Source: Mayamaea pseudoterrestris (Eukaryota). From it: a stretch of DNA of 64,000 nucleotides. Location: positions 1,426,001-1,490,000 of the forward strand of contig BROI01000002.1 in the NCBI GenBank assembly GCA_027923505.1. The letters are read 5' to 3'. Shown piece after piece: positions 1 through 9,252 of this stretch (its first letter is position 1; each line of letters starts with the position of its first letter). The notes under the pieces were generated by a model. The model had not been told where the DNA came from, did no database searches, and saw nothing but the letters and a program-made list of their open reading frames with translations. Made by a program: the position numbers and the translations under genes.

Positions 1-87
1 CAGCACACTTGATACTTACAAGCAACTTGTTCCTGTTTCTCCTTTCTTGACTATGACTGATTCTTCTTCATATCCTTTTATGTGTAG

Positions 88-641
88 GTTGTCACAAAGA
101 AGCGAGTCAAGCTTGCGAAGCGGTTCAAGTGTCCCTTTTGTGCGAACGAAGACGTTGTCGAATGTAAAATGGTGAGTGTGTCGAAGACAAGATGTTAAGG
201 TAGAGACGGCAAGCATGACGCATCATAGTCTGAATGTTTGACTGTGTGCGACGTATTCCTTGCATATTTCATTCATTATTTTTGCTCCATTTATCAACGA
301 AATAGGATCATAAAAACGGAACTGGCTCCTTGGCGTGCCGCCTCTGCGGCGCATCATACTCGATGCCGATTCACAGTTTACACGAGCCAATCGACGTGTT
401 CTCCGAGTGGCTCGACGACTGTGAAGCGGCGGCCAATCCCCACGATGCTTCCGCCGCGGCTCCGGCGCGCTACGAGGATGAGGAAGATGACGACGATGAT
501 GACGCCATTCTTGAAAGCTCGGGACTGGGCGGCCCGTCTGCCAAGGCTAGCAGCGGCGGCAATGCAGCGGCTGGAGGCGCTCAGAGGGAGTCTTACACGG
601 ATATTGGACTGGACGATTCGGATGACGACGATGACGAGTGA
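88..641 (+). CDS. ELF1: Transcription elongation factor Elf1 (ELOF1), 5'-partial; exons 88-171 and 306-641
   Basis: Spliced translation VVTKKRVKLAKRFKCPFCANEDVVECKM|DHKNGTGSLACRLCGASY...LHEPIDVFSEWLDDCE matches the Elf1 zinc ribbon (F.CPFC...C..C...EP.DV.S.W.D.C). GTGAGT...TAG intron at 172-305. Acidic tail. The first exon lies upstream of the window. Confidence 0.93.
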
Positions 642-977
642 AAGTGCGAGACTGTGTGATTCATGATGTGCGCGACCTGGTTAATTAAAATTGAAACAAT
701 CGTGCTTATACTGAAGATGCTAGAAGCTTTATAATACACCACGAAATGCGCTGATGTTTTTATACCTTCCATTTGTAATAACTTATGCAGATTGAATAGT
801 TAGATTAGCATGGTTTACGTACTGTTAGCTGCCCATGCGCGTACTGGTACGACGCAAAAACCAGTACGACATATCATGACTCATGTCGAAGCGCGCGGCG
901 TGCGCGGAGGCTCATCGCCATGGAGGGAGCGAGAGTCGGCAAGAGATTTGTGTAACATTTTTGCACCCATTTGCGCC

Positions 978-2099
978 ATGATGACTTACTCTGGCCGCAG
1001 CTTTGGGGCATGCCTCTTTCTATCAACAATTGTCAATGCGAGCTCCATACTTTCGTTATTGACCTTTGTGAATGCCAACTCGTTTGGAACCGAAACCCTT
1101 CCGCGATCGACCCATCATGCCATACCCCGTAGCAACACTCGTCGACGACAACCTCCATGGAACCCATCCTCACAAATAGACGCCGATGGCTTTCTTTCCG
1201 ACTCATATCTTCGTCTACCAGGAGACTGGGAAGAAGAGTTTCGACTTCGAACGTCATTCTCGACGGACCATCCCTGCTTTGTTCGACAAGTCCCTGGAGA
1301 CGGCAACTGCTTGTTTCATTCCATTAGCTTATGTTTATATCACGCCGAAAATGGCACTCATTGGAATATCCAAGGCCAACGATCCTTGGATGAATTGTAT
1401 CAACGATCGAGACTCCTTCGCTCGCAAGCGGTCGAGTGCCTCAAGAGTTCCAATCGGCGGCTGTTTCTGCAAGGCCGCGAGAGTCTCAAGGCGCATGAGC
1501 TAGTGCAAGCGGCGGCGCAGCAATACGGATTAACGTCGGACGAGTATTGTGAAGCCATGCAGCAAGACTGTGTTTGGGGCGGCGGACCGGAAATTGTTGC
1601 CCTCTGCAACCAACTGCAGCGACCGATTCATGTGTATGAGCTTGCGACAAGTTTGGATCATGAGGAAGAGGACGATGACATGGAAGACGACGTTGGTGAC
1701 ATGCTACAAGATAGTGACGGCAGCTTTACCAAGCGGCGACATCGCCAGTTGCCATCGACGACTCCATCCTCATTTATACTTCGACGCATGGCCTGCTTTG
1801 GTTCACCAAGGTTTGATAAGCGACCAGCCTTGCACATACTGAGTGCCGACTCTCGCTTTCCCGACTTGCAGCCGGGAAGCCAGCTAGCTTCTGGAAATCA
1901 CTTTTTGGCCGTTTTTCCAGTCATGGAGTCGAGGAAGAAACCGCGAAAGTTGCTGCGGGGTGGATCCATATTTCTCAACTGGCGCAAGGACGACGAAGAC
2001 GCACATGAGCATGAATTAATGATGGAAGCAAATGACTCTTTAATTCCAAATTGGGTTTCACTAACGTTCTGGAAGCGATTCCTATTTGGCTGGCTATAG
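978..2099 (+). CDS. OTU-domain cysteine protease / deubiquitinase with an N-terminal signal-peptide-like segment
   Basis: OTU motifs VPGDGNCLFHS (catalytic Cys), WGGGPEIVAL and C-terminal NHF (His). Hydrophobic leader follows the Met at 978. The ORF is open from 810, so the start is uncertain. Confidence 0.85.
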   Translation: MMTYSGRSFGACLFLSTIVNASSILSLLTFVNANSFGTETLPRSTHHAIPRSNTRRRQPPWNPSSQIDADGFLSDSYLRLPGDWEEEFRLRTSFSTDHPCFVRQVPGDGNCLFHSISLCLYHAENGTHWNIQGQRSLDELYQRSRLLRSQAVECLKSSNRRLFLQGRESLKAHELVQAAAQQYGLTSDEYCEAMQQDCVWGGGPEIVALCNQLQRPIHVYELATSLDHEEEDDDMEDDVGDMLQDSDGSFTKRRHRQLPSTTPSSFILRRMACFGSPRFDKRPALHILSADSRFPDLQPGSQLASGNHFLAVFPVMESRKKPRKLLRGGSIFLNWRKDDEDAHEHELMMEANDSLIPNWVSLTFWKRFLFGWL

Positions 2100-2266
2100 T
2101 AAGTCTTTGATTGCTTATGCACATTGAGCAAAACACATTTGCCTGCATCATCAACAGGCAGTCCCAACCTAAATTCATAGCGCCAAAGTACTACTGAAAT
2201 TTCACATCCACTAGTAGATGTGTAATACCCTAAACTTATGAAAGCTAACCCTCGGCATTTATAAAA

Positions 2267-3758
2267 TTAAACGCGACACTTGCAAACGCTCCACAGATAC
2301 GTCGCCTTGTCGTAGAAAGAGCACGTTGCCGCAGCTTCGAATTGAGGACCATCGCGCCCTGACTGTCGATGGACGAGCCAATCTGCCCCGTAGCACATGC
2401 TCTTGTGTTCACAAAATTCCTTGGTGATACTGTAGGATATCATGTTTGACGAACTTGTGGGCGATGACTCTGGGATCGTAGCAGGTGTAGGAGAGTCGCT
2501 GCCCATCTCGTTTTCGCTGCGAATAACAGTACGTATCAAGATATCATCATGTTAGCAATTTTGTCATTCCACCGAAACGGTTGCCATTGACAACATGTAC
2601 GACGATATGCGCACATTCATACCTCATAGACGCATGCGCATAGCTATCGAGACCATCAAAATCAACAACTCGAGCACCTCCATGCATGGCCGCCACCAGG
2701 AGCCGGTCATTTCTAAGTGGATGCCACTTGAGTCTCCAAATGCCACCACCAAGTGCTGATGATTTGCACAGTGGCTTCATGTACCGCGTATCGTAGAGAC
2801 AGATTGTTTCATCGTAGCTTCCCATGACCATCAAGTAATCCAGTCGCGGGTGCGGAGCAACGCAGGTAACCCCAGCATCAAAGTGCTGGAGCGTTTGCAT
2901 GGGTCGATCGGTGGCACGAAGGTCCCACACCTTTGCCAAGCCGTCATCGCCGCATGAAACGACAGCTTTGGAGCCAAAACAAGAGTCGGCGAAGCAAACG
3001 GACCAGACTTCTGCTGGAGATTTGAACATTGTATGCGCAAGCCATGAATCAGACTCAACCAAAGTCGCTTTCCCATTAGAAAAATGTACATTGTGAATGG
3101 CAACAATGCCATTCGAATAGGACGAAACAATGCGGTTGTGCCGGGCTGGAACGGCATCGTTGACGCAATTCGTTGTCGTCTCCCAATTGAGTGACAAGCA
3201 AAGCGGATTACTCTCTGTCGGTTCCTTCACGCTTGCTGATGATTGGCTTGCTCCCAATTCCGTCACCTGAAAGAGCTGCTCTGCCGATATGTTTTGTTCA
3301 GAATTAGATTCGTCGTCGATGCTTGTCGGAACATGCAATCCATGTATCCTAATGTCACCCGATGAATGCGCCGTCGCAAACGCCCAGCTCTTTCCCTCTT
3401 TATTAGGCCGGGATGGCATAACTGCCCATTTTCCGTCGAGTATACCTGATGTCTTCTGCGGATTGTTAGTGTCATTTGTTGAGGACATGATCACATGTGG
3501 TTCGCCAAACGCCAAGGACTGCTCCACATTTTCCAGCGACGCATCGGGAACCTTGACCATGTACAAATTCAATTGTCCGAGTCGCTCCTGCTGCTCCTGG
3601 ACCGCATCATCCAGCTGATAGCACGACAGCATGAGTGGCCAAGCACTCGATCCGTCCGCAAAAATGACAGCCTCCGGTAGAGTTTCAATGCTGCATGGAT
3701 TCAGTGGGGCTTCAAAATGGTCCATCCATTTGTCTGGATCTACAGAAGGACTGGACAT
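2267..3758 (-). CDS. DPH7: Diphthine methyl ester hydrolase DPH7/WDR85 (WD40); intron 2517-2622
   Basis: Motifs GILDGKW, W.AH....EVW, H.AGVT, GSYDETICLYDTR, LGGGIWRLKWHP, AAMHGG, H.SMCYGADW and ATCSFYDK are typical of DPH7/RRT2. A GTATGA...CTAAC...CAG intron joins the two ORFs in frame. Alternative upstream ATG at 3830. Confidence 0.88.
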
Positions 3759-4001
3759 GATCAATGCAAAGGCTTCAAATTGCTTGTAGCCACGGCAATT
3801 CTTGATCGACGATGAGTTTTGGTTTGCCATCTCGATTTGTGCCGCAGAAATGAAAAGCTATTTGAGCGTGACTGAAAAAGTCTCACTGGGTCTCACATCA
3901 GCCAATCACTCGCTGCTGCATGGAACCAAGATCGCAGTTCAACCACACACAATGCGACGAGCCATCAAAAAGACTCTTCTACCCACTTAATATCGAAAAA
4001 G

Positions 4002-4709
4002 ATGATGCGTCTAGCAGTCCTTCTCATCGCCGTGGCGTCTTCAAACGCCTTTGTGGCGCAGTCTCCTCATGCTCGTCCAGCTACTGATCTCTCGGCACTC
4101 AACCGCCGCGACGCTCTCGGACTTGCCTTTGGTATCATTGCAGCTGGTGCGCCACTAGTTTCAAACGCCGCATCAAACCCTGCGCTGCAAACGTTCAAGG
4201 GCGCCAAGGGAACAAAAGGAGCCTTTATTCCTGGAAAGGGAATGCACGATCACGAGTCATTTGAAAGTCTAGTCGCAAGTAACCCAGCTCTGGAAACGTT
4301 CAAGGGACGCAAGGGAACCAAGGGCGCGTTTATCCCTGGAAAGGGCATGCGCGAACATGATGACTTCGAAACTCTTGTTGCGGCAAATAACCCAGCACTG
4401 CAAACGTTCAAAGGAGGCAAGAAAACGAAAGGTTCCTTCATTCCAGGCAAGGGAATGCGCGCGCACGACGACTTTGAGACGCTCGTTGCAGCAAACAATC
4501 CAGCACTGCAAACGTTCAAGGGAGCCAAGAAAACTAAGGGCGCGTTCATCCCAGGCAAGGGTATGCGACTACATGCCGATTTTGAGACTCTTGTTGCAGC
4601 AAACAATCCTGCACTGCAAACATTCAAGGGGGCGAAAAAGACGAAAGGTGCCTTCATTCCTGGAAAGGGCATGCGAGAACGCGACGACTTTGACAGTCTA
4701 TTTGTTTAA
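4002..4709 (+). CDS. Thylakoid-lumen-targeted tandem-repeat protein (5 x 35-36 aa), function unknown
   Basis: Signal peptide ending SNA-F, then transit peptide, twin-arginine NRRDALG, hydrophobic stretch and SNA-A cleavage-like site. Followed by five units of A(S/N)NPALQTFKG.K.TKG.FIPGKGM plus an acidic linker. Confidence 0.85.
   Translation: MMRLAVLLIAVASSNAFVAQSPHARPATDLSALNRRDALGLAFGIIAAGAPLVSNAASNPALQTFKGAKGTKGAFIPGKGMHDHESFESLVASNPALETFKGRKGTKGAFIPGKGMREHDDFETLVAANNPALQTFKGGKKTKGSFIPGKGMRAHDDFETLVAANNPALQTFKGAKKTKGAFIPGKGMRLHADFETLVAANNPALQTFKGAKKTKGAFIPGKGMRERDDFDSLFV
4170..4706 (+). repeat. Coding tandem repeat, 5 copies of 105-108 bp
   Basis: Units are visible directly in DNA and protein, with many third-position differences but nearly invariant amino acids. 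Confidence 0.95.
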
Positions 4710-5100
4710 TGTTGCCGCATTTGCAAACATGGTGAGTGCGGGTACACGAAGTGGCGATATCGACTCGAAGCCTTGAAGTCTGTGGTCAGGTATGGATGGA
4801 AGCGGGCCGATTGTATCGCAGCTTAAAAAAAGACTTAATACTATTAACGTATCTCACTGCATTTTTCATTCGCCTTCAGCCATCGATCCGCTATATACAA
4901 TGCTAGTCTACCAAATTAGCGTGCCATTTCATTTCTGTAATGTTCTATATAGTCACCGACTTCGACGCTTGAAGGATGCTGTTTAAGTAGAGACAACGAA
5001 TGGTAATCCTTCTTTGGCATGCCAAGGGAGCCATTCTCTATTCATCAATATCGTCTTTGCTTTAGTCTTGCCTTTGCGACTGCTCTATTCCCGATCATCG

Positions 5101-7353
5101 TCATGAGTGCGACGCCGATATATCCATCATGGCAACTGGAATAGTGTCCTCAGCAACCTGCTGAGCACGCCGTCCCATGAGACTCCATGTGCGAGCTTCG
5201 GTAATATCGACCATGACAAGCTGGCCCATGAGTATATCTAGATCGCCATCGAAATAAACCTGCCGTCCCTCTCTCGTTCGTCCCATCACCTGGCTGGGGC
5301 TTCGTGGGTTTGAGTCCTCCACCAGCACTTCTACGGTCTTTCCCAGATATCGCTGACTTCGTTCAAGGGCATGCGTCGTTGCCAACTGCTGCACACGTTG
5401 CAGTCGTTCCGATTTGACATCCTCTGTTATTTGGTCGTCAAATAAGGCTGCCTCAGTGTTCGGTCGAGGGGAATACGTGAACGAGTTGACATTGTCAAAT
5501 TTCACCGCTTCCATTAAATCTAGCGTCCTTTGGAAAGCTTCTTCTGTTTCGCCGGGAAACCCAACAATGATATCCGCAGTAATGCCGGCATTGGGACACT
5601 TCTCCTTGATGCGACTGATAATTTTCATGTAGGAATCAAACGTGTAGCCTCGCCGCATGCGCTTGAGCACTTCATCGTCTCCGGCTTGAAAGGGCATGTG
5701 GAAGCATTCGCATACCTTGTCCAAGTTTGCAACGGCATCAATGACTCGGTCGCTAAAGTATCTTGGATGACTCGTGACGTAGCGTATTCTCATTTTATCA
5801 GGTAGTCTCGAATTGAGAAATTCGAGTAGCTCCGCAAAAGTTCGTCGGGGGACCATGTCTCGACCATATGCATCCACGTTTTGACCAATCAAGGTGACTT
5901 CCTTGTAACCACCTTTACTGCCAGTTTTGGAAGTCAGCGTCAGACACTCCTCGAGGATGGATTCCATCGACCGCGATTGTTCCATTCCTCGCGTCGCAGG
6001 GACGACGCAGTATGAGCAATGCTCATTGCATCCGTACATGACATTCACCCACGCGCGAACCGGATGATTGCGAATAGGCTGGTTCGTGACAGCGGCACTG
6101 GCATCCTCTGGATGACCAAACGACGATGCATCAACACCATTGTCAAGACGAGCGCTACTCATGGCATCCATCATGAGCAGCGGTTCCGTCACCACAACTT
6201 GCTGTCCGCGCGCCACTTGCTCCAAAATCCTCTTCATGTGAGGCACATACTGCGGTCCCACCACCGCGTCAATCTCCGGGACGCGTTGCACCAGTCGCAA
6301 CCCTTCCTGCTGCGCCACGCAGCCCGTGACAATGATTGCCACGCGCCCTTGGCCCTGGCGCTTGCGTGCTGCGTATGGACCAAGTGCGTCGTACACCTTT
6401 TGCTCGGCGTGATCTCGGATGGAGCATGTATTCAATACAATCAAGTCTGCGTGCAACTGCTGCTGCTGATTGCTGTTATTGGCAACGTCCGACGCATCGT
6501 GGCGCGTCAGCTGCAGCTCCGATTCCAAAATGCCAGCCAAACGCTCCGAGTCGGCCATGTTCATTTGACAGCCAGCCGTTTGAATCGTGTAAGTGCGCAG
6601 CTCTGGAAACTCTGGAAGAATGCCCTTGCCTTTGAGCTTTTTGACGGGCGTCATGGAGTTGACGCCAGAGTATGAGCCAACAATTGGTGTTTGTTGCTGT
6701 GTGTTTCCGAAAGGCCCATTTGCAATGGCGCTCACTGGATCCTTCATCCATATTTCCAGCACCTGAATGACATGCCAATAATCCGTTCCTTGTATCATGA
6801 GTATATCGCCTGGCTTTGGCTGACGTTGAAATAGTTCCTGCAAGACGATTGTTGGCAAGCGTTGCTCGTGCTCGTCGTCGAGTGCAGTATCATCATCACC
6901 AGTCGACTTCACTGTCATCGGCGCATTCACCCAGCCAACACTTCCCTGGTCAATTTTTGCATTCACGTCGGCACTCATGAGTGTCGCCACGTGCGCAAAC
7001 GGATCTCGCATCGTCGAGGCAAGCAGCAAGTGCTGGTATTCCGAAAGAGCGAGCTGCGCCATGTCGCGCGTCAGCGTGACGACTTGTCGGACGAACAAGC
7101 GCTCCACTAATTGATCGTAAGGAAACGAGTCTTGAATGCGAGTCGGAAACCATGCGGCTGATGCTGGTTTTAGTGAAGGAGAATCATTCTTGACAAGAGC
7201 CGGTGTGGAGTAAAGTAGAGTTCTTGACGATAATGGGCGACTACGGATCTCTGACGTCGCTCGTTCTGCAGTGGGAATGGAAGCTGACGGAATCCAGCAT
7301 GATGCGCTTTGCAGCAAGGATAAGTAAAGGACTAGTTTGCGCGAAGCATGCAT
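5101..7353 (-). CDS. miaB: tRNA methylthiotransferase MiaB (radical SAM) with plastid-type presequence and an N-terminal parvulin-like domain
   Basis: UPF0004 domain T.GCQMN.ADSE / NTCSIRDHAEQK / TGCVAQQEG. Radical SAM motif GCNEHCSYCVVP. DIIVGFPGET, YSPRPNT and a C-terminal TRAM domain. The presequence from Met 7353 ends ASC-W. Confidence 0.93.
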   Translation of the reverse strand: MHASRKLVLYLSLLQSASCWIPSASIPTAERATSEIRSRPLSSRTLLYSTPALVKNDSPSLKPASAAWFPTRIQDSFPYDQLVERLFVRQVVTLTRDMAQLALSEYQHLLLASTMRDPFAHVATLMSADVNAKIDQGSVGWVNAPMTVKSTGDDDTALDDEHEQRLPTIVLQELFQRQPKPGDILMIQGTDYWHVIQVLEIWMKDPVSAIANGPFGNTQQQTPIVGSYSGVNSMTPVKKLKGKGILPEFPELRTYTIQTAGCQMNMADSERLAGILESELQLTRHDASDVANNSNQQQQLHADLIVLNTCSIRDHAEQKVYDALGPYAARKRQGQGRVAIIVTGCVAQQEGLRLVQRVPEIDAVVGPQYVPHMKRILEQVARGQQVVVTEPLLMMDAMSSARLDNGVDASSFGHPEDASAAVTNQPIRNHPVRAWVNVMYGCNEHCSYCVVPATRGMEQSRSMESILEECLTLTSKTGSKGGYKEVTLIGQNVDAYGRDMVPRRTFAELLEFLNSRLPDKMRIRYVTSHPRYFSDRVIDAVANLDKVCECFHMPFQAGDDEVLKRMRRGYTFDSYMKIISRIKEKCPNAGITADIIVGFPGETEEAFQRTLDLMEAVKFDNVNSFTYSPRPNTEAALFDDQITEDVKSERLQRVQQLATTHALERSQRYLGKTVEVLVEDSNPRSPSQVMGRTREGRQVYFDGDLDILMGQLVMVDITEARTWSLMGRRAQQVAEDTIPVAMMDISASHS

Positions 7354-7569
7354 ATTTGTGTCGGCTGCATGTAGCGATTCAATGCTCCCGTCGTGGTGAT
7401 GGCTGTCGATGATATGCGGCGGAGACACGAATGATGTAAAACGTCATAACATCGGACCGTGTGCCGTTGCGACACGCACAAGTGCGATCGATTTCGTTGC
7501 GAAACGTCATGCAAAACACCATCTCATTATTTCGAATACTCCACAAGACACTTTGCATCAACCGGCACC

Positions 7570-8851
7570 ATGGAGGCCGCCATGACTCACGCTCACGAGA
7601 ATGATGTCTATCGTAAAAAGACACAGCAATGTCATCCAAATGCGTCGCTCATGTATTATTTGCAGACGCAACAGAACAAGCCTAGCGATATATTCGGTCC
7701 GCAGCAGCAGCAATTGCCAACGGTTCTTCCGCAGCAGCCGCTCGTCTACAATGCGAACCAATTGAACCTTCAGCCTGCAATTAACAATAGCTTTGGAGAA
7801 ACATCTATAGATCTCCGACAATTGGATACAGCGCAATTGCTTGCATTGCATCAGCAGCAGCAAGCAGTTAGCTTGACAAATAGTATGCTTCCTTTGCATC
7901 AGCCGTCACTGCCATTATTGTCACCCCCGCTACAGTCGCCGTTACTTCAACTTCTTCCTCCACCGTCCATGCTTCCATTACCACGCCGCCCCGTCTACAG
8001 CGGAGTCAATCCCAACTATCCCGGACTACGCGTCGTGAATCGCGACCCGCCCATGTTTGCCGTGGACCAGTTCTTGACACCTTCCGAGTGTTTCTTTCTC
8101 ATTCACGCGGCGCAAGACTCCTTTGGGCCCGCCCCCGTCGTCGGCAAGGGTTCCGGCGAAGTGAGTCCGGCGCGGACCTCCAGTACATGCTACTTGGCGC
8201 GCGAGGATTTGGCCAATTTGATGCGCAAGGTGTGTTTGCTCACTGGCAAGCCAATGGAGCATTGCGAATTGCCACAGGTTGGTCGGTACTTTTCGACGCA
8301 GCAGTATTTGCAGCATTATGATGCGTTTGATTTGGAGACTGAAGATGGGGTGAGTATATTGTATGCGTTATTTGCGGACGTAGTATGCTGACATTGCTCG
8401 TTTCCAACTGCTCGCTTCATTTTCTTGCTTTATGTCTCGCACCCTGCACCACTTTCTACAGCAACGATTTGCTGCAAACGGAGGACAGCGCACCATTACT
8501 GTCCTCATTTACTTGAACAATGTTACAAATGGCGGTCATACTCGCTTTCCAGCGTTGAATATTGATGTGAAACCTCAGGAGGGAATGGCGCTTGTCTTTT
8601 TTCCAGCATCTATAGACGGAGTCATGGACAGAATGGCCTTGCATGCGGCCATGCCAGCCATTGATACTAAGTATGTGTCGCAAATATGGATTCGACAGTC
8701 GACCTACCAGGGACAAGCTTCAAAGCGCTTGCCCGTGACCATGGGAGCACCGCTGGGGCATGACCAATGCGACGCGGCGTTGCTAGGGGTGCAGCACCTA
8801 CAGCAAGGTCCCACTATATTCCAGTCGATGCAACAGCAGATTCGATTGTAG
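7570..8851 (+). CDS. Prolyl 4-hydroxylase-like 2OG-Fe(II) dioxygenase with Gln/Pro-rich N-terminus; intron 8350-8461
   Basis: FLT..EC, RTSSTC, QVGRY...QY..HYDAF (HxD), QRTITVLIYLN, GGHTRFP and ALHAAMP...KY..QIW. A GTGAGT...CAG intron joins the ORFs in frame. Start uncertain (7570 or 7651). Confidence 0.88.
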
Positions 8852-9252
8852 ATAAATTTTGGCGGAGCTTGTTAAGGGGCTTGGATGGAGTGTCAAGCAT
8901 TGCGAAGGATGGGTAGTAGCGAATTTTGTATATATTGATCATTACACACTCGAATAAGGGTTTGAAACGATACTTAGAATGTACGTATGCATTTTAAAAT
9001 ACGGACGTTAGTGTAAAAAATATTTAAATAAAGCCGGTCGTCAACTTTAAATGTAGGGAAGATGCGTCAGACAGTCACGGCACAACATATTGGACCGTCG
9101 TTCCCTGCGTATCCCAAGCCTAACAAAAAATTGCGTCGATTGCATATAATTTAATGATGTTTTCCTTCTCAAGTAAACGGTCTTCTGAAAAATAGTGTGG
9201 TAAGATTAACCGAGTATCGTGGGAGCGCAACGTCTCGCCATAGTGTCGACTA

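Noticed and set aside
4170..4706. Regularly spaced repeats as a possible CRISPR array
   Set aside because: Units are 105-108 bp, in frame and coding, with no unique spacers and no cas genes; the context is eukaryotic.
4002..8851. Repeat-peptide precursor next to a radical SAM enzyme and a 2OG-Fe dioxygenase, resembling a RiPP cluster
   Set aside because: The radical SAM protein has the full MiaB architecture for tRNA modification. The three products appear to go to different compartments (lumen, stroma, cytosol). Adjacency is expected in a compact genome.
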